In this document: positions 34,880 to 47,030 of the stretch, in pieces
Numbering within the stretch: position 1 is the first letter of the stretch
Layout: every line of letters starts with the position of its first letter
DNA from: Chiloscyllium plagiosum
Lineage: Eukaryota
Direction: 5' to 3'
Assembly: GCF_004010195.1 (NCBI RefSeq)
Contig: NC_057711.1
Location: 68,949,257 to 69,006,292 of the forward strand
DNA: 57,036 nucleotides
Translations under genes and position numbers: made by a program
The notes under the pieces: model-generated
The model's input: only the letters and a program-made list of their open reading frames with translations
Databases searched by the model: none
What the model was told of the DNA's origin: nothing

Positions 34880-36660
34880 CGATTTGTAGCAGCAGATGTT
34901 TAAGATATTTAATAAGTTTCAGCAAAGATTTATTCCAGTGAGAAAGAAGTAAGAAAGAAAGGATCCTTTGAAAATGATGCCTGATCCATAGCTAAATAAG
35001 AAAGTTAAGAGTACATCAAATGAAAGGACCATTGTACAATTCTGTGAAGTTTAGTCAGAGGATTACAAGATGTTATGGCCCAAAAAAAACGACTACAAAA
35101 ATAATAGAGAAAATAAAGCAATGGAGAAAGCTAGCTATAAATACAAAAAACTGGTAGAATTTCTACACTATTTTAAATAGAACATGAGTAACTAAAGCTC
35201 GTTTCTTTTGAAGGCCCTCTAAACAGTGAGTTTGGGAAATTGATCATGGAAAACCAGGAAATGGTGGAAGTGTTGAATGCGTATTTTGTATCTTCATTGT
35301 AGAAAACTTTGCAATGATATTTGTAAATCATGAGGTAAATGAGAGGGAGGAACTTAAAACAATTGTAATTGCTAGAGAAAAGGTGCTGAAAGAACTTAGT
35401 CCTACAGGTTGGCAAAACTCGATGAACCCTACATCATAGAGTCTTAAAAGATATGGCTGCAGAAGGAATCATGGGAATTGGTTATAATCTTCCAAAATCC
35501 AATGGATTGGAAAATTGTTAATGTTTGAATAATTGTGCTACAAGTGAGGCAGAAAGCCTGAAGCATTTGGCTAATTAGACAAAAATCTATCATCGGGAGT
35601 AGCTAGAAATCATTAGAGGTGGTTATAGCAGGATACTTAGAAAATCAGAATGTGATCAGGTATGGTCAACATGGTCTTGTTGAAGGGAAATTGGGTTTAT
35701 CTAACATGTTAGAGATTTTTGAGGCAGGAACAAACAATATGGATAAAGGAGAATGTGTGAATGTGCTGCACTTGATTATCTGAATGACAATTGATAAAGT
35801 ATAACATGATAGGCTACCAAACAAAATAAAAGCTTGTGGTGGAAGATATAACCTACTAGTTAATAGGAAGAGAACGTCACGATAAATGGACCTTGTTTTC
35901 AGTTTCAGTCTGTGGTTAGTGGAGTCCAGTGGTAAAGCCTCAAGTATTTGCAATTGGTATCATTCACTTGGATAGAATATATGATAGCTAAATATTTCAT
36001 TGATGCCAAAATGAGGAGGTGATTAAGTTTTCAAGTTTGCAAAGAGAAACTGAATGGGTAAGCGAGTAGGCAAAAAATGGCTGATGGACTATAATGTGCA
36101 AAAATATTAACTTTATACTTTGACAAGAAAACAAAAGCAATATACTTTTAAATGGAGAGAGGTTGCAGAACTAGGGTGACAAAGTCATTTGGGTGCCCTG
36201 GTGCATGAATCATCAAAAATTAGCTTGCAGGTACAGCAAGTAGTTAAGGAATGTGAGTGTTTATTACAAGCAGAATGAAATATTAAAGTAGGGAAGTTTT
36301 ACTGACATTGTACAGAGCCTTAGGGGAGACATCTGGCATACTATGTACTCCAGGCTTTCAGCCTCACTTGTAGCATGATTATTCATCAAACATTAACAGT
36401 TTTCCAATCCATTGGGACCAGATTCTGAGACATTTGGAAGATTATAACTGATGCCTATGATTTGGTCTCCTTATTTGAAAAAAAAAATGGTTTTGTTCGA
36501 AGCAGCTCAGAGAAGCACCAATGATACCTAGGATGAATAGCTTTTATCAGGCGAATCCAACAGTTTAGGCCTATACCTATATGACTTTTGTACAACGAGC
36601 GGTATTATTGAAATGTATAAAATCTTTGAGAGGATTGAGTAGGGTGGATTCTGAGAGAAG
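34880..36660 (+). mobile_element. Old, heavily mutated CR1 ORF2 (tether-RT region)
   Basis: Remnants such as GTCAACATGGTCTTGTTGAAGGGAAA...TTATCTAACATGTTAGAGATTTTTGAG (SQHGF...LTNLLEFFE-like). Confidence 0.75.
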
Positions 36661-37769
36661 GTGCATTACCAAGGTACTAAAAAAAGCATATTGTTTTGTT
36701 GCAATGAAGGTTTCTCCACTTTACTACCTTTTAAACTTAAATGTCTGTATCGGTGTGATGAAGTAGTTTTGTTGTACAATATCAAATTGAGTTATTTATT
36801 TCCATGTTTGCATAATTCTAGAAAAGAAAAATAGCAAAACAAATGGCAAATACTTGATACTACTTTTACTTCATTATTTTTGCTTGCTACAGAGGCAGGT
36901 AAATCAAACCCTCCTATTTCGAGCTTTCCATTGTTGCTATCAACCAGTTTTGGACTCAGATCTGATTGAATAAATAAGTCACATTTAGGTTTACATTTAA
37001 TTGTGCATAAATTGGCAAGGTCTTCAATTTGCTCAGCCTTGGCTTCCCTTGTATGTGTATTGTGTGATGATCAATAGAAGTGCTTTAACTGGCTGGATAT
37101 GAGTTTTAAAATTCAAAATTTGGGAATAAGAAGGGAATCCAGATGGTCATTTTGCTTATACAGCAGACAATAGAATTGTCAACTAAGTTACCAACACTGA
37201 TTACATAAGTGATGCATGCGAACAGGTTTAGAGGGTGACCAAAAGTATTTCTGTTGAAAATAGAGATCAAAGCATTTAGCAAAGTCTTTTAAAAAAAAAC
37301 AACCACATCAACCTTTTATCTCACTGTTAATAGTCCAGTTTTTTGTTGTCTCTCAGATTGTTAATATGGTATTTAATTAATTCAGCACTTGTTTTGTCCT
37401 AATAAAAATATTTTCCTTGTCATTTTATTCATTGTATTGTCCATAGTTATGCTTCTTGACTTTAAGAATACGAGAGATTGTATCTTTGTTACTTGGATGC
37501 TATCAAAGTTTGCAATCTGCTCAGTAATCATTAAAAAGGAAAAATCAATTTATTATGTTAAGTTTATCTCTTTGGGTTGTGTATTAGTTTCAACCTTTGC
37601 AGTATATTCTACATCTTTTGTTGAATGTTTAAATTGTTTTTGTTTTCTACTGCACAGTTGGGTCCTACCTACCCTGAGCTAATTGATTTAGTCAAATAGT
37701 AATTAAATCTATATAGCAGCAGTGGCCTTCATTCCTTTCACATGTCATTTGGTTTTGAAACAGTGTTGA

Positions 37770-38015
37770 AGAGGAGCAGATTATATTTGAAATTAAAACC
37801 AAATTTCACCCACCACATTAAAGTCTATTTTCTTCACCACCGGTATCCATTGGCAGCATCTACAAGATCCTTTTCAAACACATCTTTAGCACAACTGGAA
37901 GCCATCGTCTGGAAAATACAGTTAGCTGACCTAGTGACCGATCTTGTAAAGAGCAAGTTCACTAAAGCCCAAGTGACCTATTTAGGATGCATTGTACGTT
38001 AAGGATAAGCACTCG
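37770..38015 (+). mobile_element. Gypsy/Ty3 pol (RT) relic
   Basis: ORF 37742-38002 ends LEAIVWKIQLADLVTDLVKSKFTKAQVTYLGCIV, resembling the Gypsy RT 'L..AGL..N..K..F....V.YLGH.V' motif. Confidence 0.55.
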
Positions 38016-38421
38016 CCCTAGTCATCCCTGTGTGGATGACTAAAGTCTCCTTTGTTCTGTGTGCTGGAAACCAACCAACAAGCCAGTCAGAAGCAAACTG
38101 CAAATATTGGTCCAAGTGCGATTCGCAGGTATCAGTGTACACCAGGAGATGTTAGATGTGTTCTATTTGGCTTCAAACTATTTGGGTTCATCATGTTTGG
38201 AAAGGTAGTTGGGCCATTTTGAAATTTGACGTATAATCCTTCCAGAGTTACAAAGGCTGAGATTTCTTTTGCATAAGCAATCAAGAGAAATGTCAGAATC
38301 CCTACAGTAAATCCATCTTGCTAAAATAGACAACTTTTCCTACCTGATCCATACATTCTTGCAGCTGGGAAATTAAGTAGGAGTTGGTTTTGTCACTGAA
38401 GTAACTTTTCATTGGTTAATG

Positions 38422-39483
38422 ACTGATTAGGGATAGTCAGCATGGCTTTGTGAGTGGGAAATCATGTCTCACAAACTTGATTGAGTTTTTTGAAGAAGTA
38501 AGAAAGAGGCTTGATGAGGGCAGAGCAGTAGTTGTGATCTATGTGGACTTCAGTAAGGCGTTCGACAAGGTTCCCCATGGGAGACTGATTAGCAAGGTTA
38601 GATCTCATGGAACAAAGGGAGAACTAGCCATTTGGATACAGAACTGGCTCAAAGGTAGAAGACAGAGGGTGGTGGAGGCCTGTGACCAGTGGAGTGCCAC
38701 AAGGATCGGTGCTGGGCACTCTACTTTTTGTCATTTACATAAATGATTTGGATGCGAGCATAAGAGGTACAGTTAGTAAGTTTGCAGATGACACCAAAAT
38801 TAGAGGTGTAGTGGACAGCGAAGAGGGTTANNNNNNNNNNNNNNNNNNNNNNNNNNNNNNNNNNNNNNNNNNNNNNNNNNNNNNNNNNNNNNNNNNNNNN
38901 NNNNNNNNNNGCTGTACAGGACATTGGTTAGGCCACTGTTGGAATATTGCGTGCAATTCTGGTCTCCTTCCTGTTGGAAAGTTATTGTGAAACTTGAAAG
39001 GATTCAGAAAAGATTTCCAAGGATGTTGCCAGGGTTGGAGGATTTGAGCTACAGGGAAAGGCTAAACAGGCTGGGGCTGTTTTTCCTGGAGCGTCGGAGG
39101 CTGAGGGGTGACCTTATAGAGGTTTACAAAATTATGAGGGGCCTGGATAGAGTAAATAGACAATATCTTTTCCCTGAGATGGGGGGAGTCCAGAACTAGA
39201 GGGCATAGATTTAGGATGATAGGGGAAAGATATAAAAGAGACCTAAGGGGCAACCTTTTCACGCAGAGGGTGGTCTGTGTATGGAATGAGCTGCCAAAGG
39301 AAGTGGTGGAGGCTGGTACAAGTGCAACATTTAAGAGGCATTTGGATGGGTATATGAATAGGAAGGGTTTGGAGGGATATAGGCCGGGTGCTGGCAGGTG
39401 GGGCTAGATTGGGTTAGGATATCTGGTCGGCATGGACAGGTTGGACCGATTGGTCTGTTTCCATGCTGTACATCTCTATGACT
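38422..39483 (+). mobile_element. HER1-type CR1 LINE spanning an 80-N gap
   Basis: ORFs 38450-38746 (CLTNLIEFFEE...DFSKAFDKVPH), 38682-38990 ([10 protein letters not shown]...SKFADDTK) and 38924-39199; 3' tail CATCTCTATGACT. Confidence 0.95.
38831..38910. other. Assembly gap (80 N)
   Basis: Run of N. Confidence 1.
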
Positions 39484-39539
39484 AATGCATATGCTTGTAG
39501 AGAAATCTGATATGGGCACCAGTCAACCAGAAAGCTCTA

Positions 39540-40295
39540 GCTACATTTTGGAAAGGCAAATCAGAGCAGAATCTATACACTAAATGGGAAGGTCCTGCGG
39601 AACGTTCTTGAACAAAAAGACCTTGGTGTGGAAGTTCATAGTTCTTTGAAAGGGGAATCACCGGTAGATAGGATAGTGAAGATGGCGTTTGGAATGCTTG
39701 CCGTTATTGGTCAGTGCATTGTGTTTAGGAGTTGTGAGGTCATGTTATTGTTCAGACCATTTTGGAATACTGCATGTAATTCTGGTCTCCCTGCTGCAGG
39801 ATCTTGTGAAACTTGAAGGGGTTCAGAAAAGGTTTATAAGGATATTGCCAGGGTTGGAGGGTTTGAGCTATAGGGAAAGACTTAATAGGCTGGGGCTATT
39901 TTTCTCTGGAACTAGGGCGGCTGAGGGGTGACCTTTTAGAGGTTGATAAAATCATGTGGGGTATGGATAAAGTGAATAGTCAAGGTCTTTTTCCTGGGGT
40001 GGGGGGCATCCAAACTTGAGATAATGGGTTTCAGGTGAGCAGGCAAATGTTTTAAAAAGGTCCTAAGGGGCAACTTTTTCATGAGAGGATGGGACGAGCT
40101 GCCAGAGGAGGTGGTGGAGGCTGGTACAATAAAAAACATTTTAAAAGGCACCTGGATGGGTCTATAAAAAGGAGGGGTTCAGTGGGACATAGGCCAAATG
40201 CTGGCAAATGGAACTAGATTCATTTGGGATATTTGGTCGGCATGGATGAGTTGGACCAAAGGGCCTGTTTTCATGCTGTATAGCTCTGTCACTCC
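39540..40295 (+). mobile_element. Second, more diverged HER1-type CR1 copy
   Basis: ORF 39689-39931 reads ...VKLEGVQKRFIRILPGLEGLSYRERLNRLGLF; same 3' tail as the preceding copy. Confidence 0.9.
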
Positions 40296-41394
40296 TAGAC
40301 CTTTTCTAGTTACAGCTTGCTAAGGGAAATGGAAATTAAACTAAGTGGAAAGTAGCACTAAAAATATGAGTTTCATTGCAGGAGTATTTTAGCACGGATT
40401 TATGTAAAAGATGAGATGTTCAGTTTTGTTGATGCTTTTGTGTCTTTTCCCGTAAAGCTGCTTTGATAACAGAATAAATATGTTCAGTCTGCTTGAGGGT
40501 TCAATTTCCAGGAAAGATTCAAACCTCTGGCTTCTGCACCCTGTAGAATTCAATGGTCTATTTCCCAGTAGTCACAGCCAGCTATGATTTGGCTCATTTT
40601 CATAGTGGCTGAATCACACCCAAGGAACTGACAGATATGGTTATGGGGAGGAATTGTGTAACTCTAATAATTTGAAAAGCAGTGCTGAGAACATAACCAA
40701 CAGGAATGAGCTATTTTGTTTTATACGACTTCTGAAAAGCATTTGTATTAATAGGTGAAACAAAACCATTCAAAATTTTGCATTTTCATGGCACCATACG
40801 TGCAAATTATCTTTTCCCATGCTAAGTCTTCAACCTTACTACACCATGACTGGAAGGTGCTGATCAGTTACTAGGGAAGAGGGTATAAAACTGGAGGATA
40901 ATTCGCCCTATCTGGTAATGGCTAATCATGAATAATATTAGCTTGCCTAGGACGCAGTTGCTAACTATATTGCCTTTCAACCAAGATAAAGGAGTGGTGT
41001 GCAAGGGACGCACTGTCCTTGTCCAACCCTACTGTCTGACCTCAAACTATTTGGGACTGCACTCATTGGACCCTGCTAGGTTAGAATAGAACTCAGCAGA
41101 CAAGTTTCTGCCATGGTTCTCTTCCCATTCCTACACTGTCACTTTTGGAGTCACTTATGGATTTACTTCTTGCTCCCCTCCTATTTTTGAACTATCTGCT
41201 GCTTAGTGACATGAAACAGTGTCAGGTACCACATTATGCTAACATACCTTACCACTCCTTCCCTTGACTCCTTTATTATTTATAAATTTTCAAATTGTCA
41301 GTAACAGATGGTCCAAAATGTCATCCAAATGAATATGGGAAAGACCAAAGAAACTCTTTGCTATAGTCCTAATCCCAGGCCTTTTGTACCTCTA

Positions 41395-41830
41395 AACTTG
41401 ACTGACTCTTGTCTGACTTATCATCTTCCATCCTACATAAATGGGAACTCAATGAAAATTCTGCTGCCTGTTTCTTAATTTACATCAAGTCCATAATTGA
41501 GCAATGCCTTGATTTTAACTTTTTTTTTGTAAATGCTCTTATTGTTTCAAATTTCTTCTTGGTCTCTCACCTACCCCTATCTTTTTGTAACTTTCTTCAG
41601 CTCTACAACTTTCTAATTAGCTAGTCCCTTCCAATTTTAGTCATTTAAGCATCCTGATTTTAATCTCCTCACCATAGATGGCAAAGGCATTAAGTTCTGA
41701 AGTTACTTAGCTCAGCCTCTTCATCTGTCTTTTCTTTCCTCCTTTTAAAGCTTTGTTATAACCTACCTCTTACATATTTTGATAACTCCCATGTGGTTAG
41801 GTGTGGATGTTTGCTAATTCTCTTTTGAAT
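41395..41830 (+). mobile_element. L2-type LINE 3' fragment
   Basis: Homologous to 13340-13815 (CCCTATCTTTTTGTAACTTTCTTCAGC...CCAATTTTAG...AACCTACCTCTT). Confidence 0.6.
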
Positions 41831-41847
41831 CCTCTAGTTTCAATACC

Positions 41848-42058
41848 CAGTTGGGTTCTGATAGAATATGATAGTTCCATTCTTGTATGAGCTCTCATTA
41901 TAAGAAAATGGCGCAGTAGCCGTGCCATTTTAACTAATGGGACCAGAATTGCGTTATAGCTAAGGAAAGTTTGCATTCTACAAATAACAGTCTCAGTTCT
42001 TCAGTCGCATTAAAGCCAATTTGCATTCAAGAAACACACGTTATAGCAGAACTGACTG
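41848..42058. mobile_element. Tc1/mariner (Tigger-like) MITE
   Basis: Left CAGTTGGGTTCTGATAGAA and right TTATAGCAGAACTGACTG|TA are imperfect TIRs; second copy at 14716. Confidence 0.7.
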
Positions 42059-42513
42059 TATTAGAAGTGAAATATAACTGAAAGTTGTTGTCAAAGGCAG
42101 AATGAATTTGATTACATGTTCACAATTACAGTGGAGTTTGCTGTGAGTTCAAGCAAGTCTCATTACTTAAAAATATATTGATTTGTGGCAACGTACTAAC
42201 TCCATAAGCCTCATTTGCGAAGCTATTCCTGAAGATTTATAATAGGAACCCAACTTCAGAATGTTAAATCAAAAAGTAACCATATTTGAACCTTTATGAT
42301 CTGCTTGGTCTTGAAGATACAAGGAAAGGCTCCCTTGTACTCAAAAGAGAAACAGAAGCTTTCCTGTGGTGCAATCATAGTGAACCTGCTTCAGTTGAGG
42401 CCAGCATTGGAAAAGCTACCTCTGACAACCAGTTGGCCCAAATTCTCCATTTGGATCTCCAATTTCTGAATATCTGATTTAAGAACGTAATCCCACAGTT
42501 ATAATTTTAAGGA

Positions 42514-42698
42514 GAAAGTGAGGACTGCAGATGCTGGAGTACCAGAGTTGAAAAATGTGCTGGAAAAACACAGCAGGCCAGGCAGCATCCGAGGAGCAGG
42601 AGAATTCCTGAAGAAGGGCTTATGTCCGAAACGTCGATTCTCCTGCTCCTTGGATGCTGCCTGGCCTGCTGTGTTTTTCTAGCACCGCATTTTTCAAC
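42514..42698. mobile_element. Fold-back Neptune-type PLE derivative with 14-bp TSD
   Basis: Inverted arms ~42547-42606 and ~42636-42698; TATAATTTTAAGGA at 42500-42513 and 42699-42712. Confidence 0.92.
42591..42650 (+). ncRNA. Type-I hammerhead ribozyme motif at the hairpin apex
   Basis: AGGAGCAGGAGAATTC-CTGAAGA-A-GGGC(TTAT)GTCC-GAAA-CG-TC-GATTCTCCTGCTCCT: intact core, GUC triplet, palindromic ACGT stem III and a long stem I. Confidence 0.8.
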
Positions 42699-42729
42699 TA
42701 TAATTTTAAGGACCCAATACATGAACATT

Positions 42730-42830
42730 TCCTGTACTTACGAATAGCTGCTTTCCAGTGTCCTGTATTATGTTCCAACTTGCGAACAAACTCCAGACCG
42801 GAACCCGTTTTGTGACCTGGAGACCGCCTG
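42730..42830. mobile_element. Tigger-like DNA transposon right end
   Basis: ...ACTTGCGAACAAACTC...GGAACCCGTTTTGTGACCTGGAGACCGCCTG|TA resembles Tigger termini; left end not located. Confidence 0.45.
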
Positions 42831-43289
42831 TATTTTAACATTTGAAAGATTGGGAAGGAAAGCAAACAAGTTTTTACCATCAGCGATGTTCAAAACAAGA
42901 CTCCGGATTCATGTAAGGTACTTTAGGCAATGGATTATTTGTCACGGTATTTAAAGCAGGAAACTAAATCGGAACCAACAGAAAATTGGGCTGGTTCATA
43001 AATACTGAACAGGCAGCCCAGCTGCTGTGGTTCTCGAGGGCAAATAAAATTCTGAAACAACAAGGATACTGACTCATAAAATTTAAAAAGCCCACTAATT
43101 ATCCAAGCTAGCTGGTACTCATGACAGAAAAGCAAGAGTCCTTCTCAAATCCTTTTTACCAAGAAGAATCAGTGAATAAAAGAAGGTTTGTCTAAACGTC
43201 TGAGAATAACATTGTTCTTAATTGAATCATTGAAGTAACAGTCAGAACTTAGGAGTTAGATGAATGAGCAGGTCATTCAGTCCTGATCA

Positions 43290-43425
43290 CTGGTCACTGA
43301 ACTCGAAACATTAACTCTGTCTGTCTGTCTGTCTGTCCATAGATTTTACCAGACCTGGTGAGGATCTCCAGCCATGTTTGTTCATGTTTCAAATTCCAGG
43401 CATCCACAGTTCTTTGTTTTACTTT
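43290..43425 (+). mobile_element. Short PLE-derived element (family of 10757 and 34438)
   Basis: GAACTCGAAACATTAACTCTG...CAGACCTGGTGAG...TTCCAGGCATCCACAG. Confidence 0.6.
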
Positions 43426-43429
43426 GGTG

Positions 43430-43850
43430 TTGCATCACACTTTGACTTGTGCTTTGTAAATAGTGGACAGGCTTTGACATGTCAGGAGGTGAGTTACTCA
43501 CTGCAGGCCTCGGAGTCTCTGACCTACTGTGGTCGACTCAGTATTTACATGACTCATCGAGTTCAGTTTTAGTCAATGGTGAACCCCAGGATGTGGATAG
43601 TAGGAGATTCAGTAATGAAAATGTCATTGAATGTCAGATTTGGAGTTCCCTACTCCAGAGGGTTGTGGATGAGGCATCACTGGATATTTGTAAGGTGGAA
43701 GTAGTGAGATTTTTGGTATCTTAGGAAATTGAGGGATACTTGGAGTTGGTGAGAAGGTGGAGTTGAAACTGAAGATCAACCATGATGTCTGGGATAGCAG
43801 AGCTGGCTTGATGGACCATATGGTCTGCTTTTGTTCCTATGTCTTCTGTT
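43430..43850. mobile_element. CR1-clade fragments (a minus LINE piece, then a + CR1 3' end)
   Basis: 43430-43635 is homologous to 50420-50670; 43640-43850 is a CR1 3' UTR with tail GTTCCTATGTCTT. Confidence 0.6.
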
Positions 43851-44349
43851 TGTTTCATTATCACCCATGTTCCTTTCACCCCACTATACACAACAGTACC
43901 ATTTTCTAAACCAGCTGAAGAATCCTGTCATGACTCAACCATAAACAATGCTGTATTACAATTTTATATGATTGTAACCAGGTAAATTTTAATGAATGTA
44001 AAGTGAACTTCGGTCATATTCTTATGTCACTTCTTTTGGAGGGAAAAATAGCAATACCCGTAATCTTGTGACAAATTCGTTGCCCATATAGAAAATTTAG
44101 TTCATTGGTTTCACAGAATTAGAAAGAGAAATTAATGTAGGAGCATTTGGTGAACCGTATGGTTGAGGATTAGCAAGTGCTGACAAGAAAACAGCAACAA
44201 CAATATAAAGTTAGGGAGCTAAGCAGGTTTTTCTGTAGGATTTGTGACTTATGAGTGTTGCATGGAGAAGAATTCATCAGTAAGAAAGTAATTTCAATTC
44301 TACATTCTGCAAACAAAACTTGCATTCTGTTATGTCATGAATGCCTACT

Positions 44350-44610
44350 TTTTATTATTCATCTTGGTATGTACATGTCGTTGGCTAAGCCTGTGTTCAT
44401 TCCCCATCCCTAATTGGGTTCTTTAGTTAAGAGTCAACCACATTTCCAACAATTGACAATGGTTTCATTGAATTACTTTGAATTCCAAATTTTTACTCAA
44501 TTCAAATTCCACCATATGCTATGGTAGGTTCAAACCAGGATCCCCAGAAAATTACCTGGTCTCTTAATTAATAATTTAGAGATTAATGCCACTAGACTGT
44601 TGCCTCCCCA
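44350..44610 (-). mobile_element. tRNA-derived SINE (same family as 17708)
   Basis: TTCAAATTCCACCATATGCTATGGTAGGTTCAAACCAGGATCCCCAGAAAATTACCTGG is the reverse complement of 17755-17820. Confidence 0.75.
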
Positions 44611-45451
44611 AACCATAACAATTCTGTGCAGAACCACCAAGGATAGAGGTCATTGCAGTTTTCCAGGAATCTCTTGCTCAGAAATATAGAAAATCATCTT
44701 AAAATGGCCTTTTTCTTTGTGGGTTTATCATTCCTAAATATGGCTAACATCTGTCGTCGCAAATATCCAGTCATTCATAGATAAGAAGCAGTGTGGTTGA
44801 ACCAGTTCTCTCTGTCTCTCTCTGATTCTCTCTCTCTGTCTTGTCTGCCTTAACTTGGCTACCTGATCCAAGATCTAAAGGTGTGCCATTGATTGGGAGC
44901 AATAGCCAGTTGCTCATGGCCAAAGTGCAGTCAATGGATAGAGAATCCAGGACAAAACATTAGAAAACTGCAAGTTTGCAAGAAAGTGGTCATGATAGCT
45001 CCCATTCCTTCGAAGTAGCATTTTCATGGAAACGAGTGCATGCAAGATGGCACATAAGCATAGCACAGGGAATGATAGTGTTTTACTTTTAGTATTATTT
45101 TGCTGTTGCCTTTGGTTACAATTACATGTAGTGCAGTGAGAGTCTGAAGTAATTCAACGAGGATTTCACTCTGTAATTTGATGTGTCTCCATGTTTATTT
45201 TGAGTAAATTTAACTGTTCAAATCCATTTTTTTTGTGATGTTCCTTTGGCAGCTTTACAAAGAAAGGAACTTCTATGCCAAACTGAGCTCCAAATGTTCT
45301 GTCTTTTGACCATTTCAAATAAAATGGCAGCAATAAAATTTTAGGGATGAAAGGGATACTCCCTCTTTAAGAGCAAATCTGAAAAAAAAGGTTTGTTATT
45401 ACTTTTACATTATATTCATAATACCTGTACCTGTAACATTTTCTGTGTGAA

Positions 45452-46260
45452 GTGGAGGTACCGGTGTTGGACTGGGGTGGACAAGGTTAGAAGTCACACA
45501 ACACCAGGTTACAGTCCAACAGGGGGTTTAATTGAAATCTCAAGCTTTCAGAGCACTGCTCCTCTATCAGGTGAAGTGAAGAAAACCACACAGGTACTGA
45601 ATTTATATGATGTGACGGTGCCAGTGTTGGATTAGGGTGGACAAAGTCAAAAATCGCATGACACTGGATTATAGTGCAACAGATTTATTTAACATTGTAA
45701 GCTTTCAGCGACTAGCTGCCTGAGGAAGGAGCAGTAATAATCACAATGCCAAGTAATAATCCAACAGGTTATTCGTGATTTCAGATAAACCTGTTGGATT
45801 ATTATCTGGTATTGTGATTTTTGACAGAATGTATAGGCAGAAAGATCAAAAGTTCGTACAAATAGTGCGAGTGGAGTGTCGACAGGCCAAATAACAAGTC
45901 TCTGCAGGTGATCGAAAGTGTCAGACAGTGAGAGTAAATGTCACCAGCTGAATAGCAAGTGAAGGGATGATTTATGATCTGATTAATTGAGGCAGAGAGA
46001 TACTTACAAAAAAAAGAAAGTGCTGGAGACAAATCAAATGATTTGAAAAACATGATAGGTATAACAGTCACATGACAAAGGTCTAACTAAAGTAACAAGT
46101 AATTAAGGTAGAGAGATCATAACAACAAGTCATCAAGGTGATGGTGTCAGAACAGGTCAGTAAGGAAGATATTACAAATACAGAACAGTATGGTGGGGTT
46201 ACATGTAGCAGGACATGAACTCAAGGTCACAGTTGAGGCCACCTTCATGGGTACTGAGGC
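45452..46260 (-). mobile_element. PLE with tandem and inverted pLTR copies (family of 28041)
   Basis: CCGGTGTTGGACTGGGGTGGACAAGGTTAGAAGTCACACAACACCAGGTTAC is repeated at ~45460 and ~45620, with an inverted copy at ~45785-45822, then body sequence. Confidence 0.75.
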
Positions 46261-46749
46261 AGGCAAATATAGTGCAGTGTGGACTCACTTGCCTTCAAAT
46301 ATTTCTTCCACTTTAGGGAAAGTGATATACTTTTGCTTATCACTTACTGCTTCTCTCTGAAAAACCTGCTTCTCGCTGAAGGAAACCTGCTCCCTCAGAG
46401 ACAGAATCAAGTTTGTTTATAATCTCCCTTTATCCTTGGGCACTTATTCTGCAGCAGTGGCAGAATTTTTTCTCTCTCTCTCTTCTACCTTTGTTCTGAT
46501 TGTCTGAATTGTTCGCCTCAAGAATGTCAAAGAACATTACTTAAATTCATGTAAACAAACTTCCAGATAACCCAGTACTGCTCTCTGAAATGAAAGTTAT
46601 GTTCATTTTGAAAAGTGAGACAATGTAGAAATACAAATGGGATTTATGCTTATTCTTCCTCTTTAGAACCCAAGCTTCTAAATGAGAAAGCACCTTGAAC
46701 CCTCACCGAATTCACTTTCTATAATTTTGTGATGCATTGTAATGGACTA

Positions 46750-47030
46750 TGGTTTTGTGGAGAGAATGGTCCCTTTGGAATGCCAGAAAAGGATGGGAAG
46801 ATGTAATTGGTGATGGTAGCAGAAATGGCAGAGGTTATCTGAAGGCTTGTGGTAGAAAGTGAGTACGAGAAGGAACTTATTATTGGAAGGGAGGGGAGGG
46901 GTTGAAAGCAAAAGTACTTGAGACAAGGCAGGCATTGTCAGGGAAATCGACCTAAAATGTTAATCCTACGTTGCCACAGATTCTGCCATCCCTGCTGAGT
47001 ATTTCCGGTGTTTTCTGTCTTTATTTGTGT
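46750..47030. mobile_element. Old PLE fragment (-) plus short PLE-derived element (+)
   Basis: GTGGTAGAAAGTGAGTACGAGAAGGAAC is an antisense 'PLVLTFY'-like remnant; ATCGACCTAAAATGTTAA...CACAGATTCTGCC matches 10768-10810. Confidence 0.5.

Noticed and set aside
37063..37200. C/D-box snoRNA (TGTGATGA ... CTGA)
   Set aside because: No terminal stem and no recognisable rRNA or snRNA guide; spacing is unconvincing.
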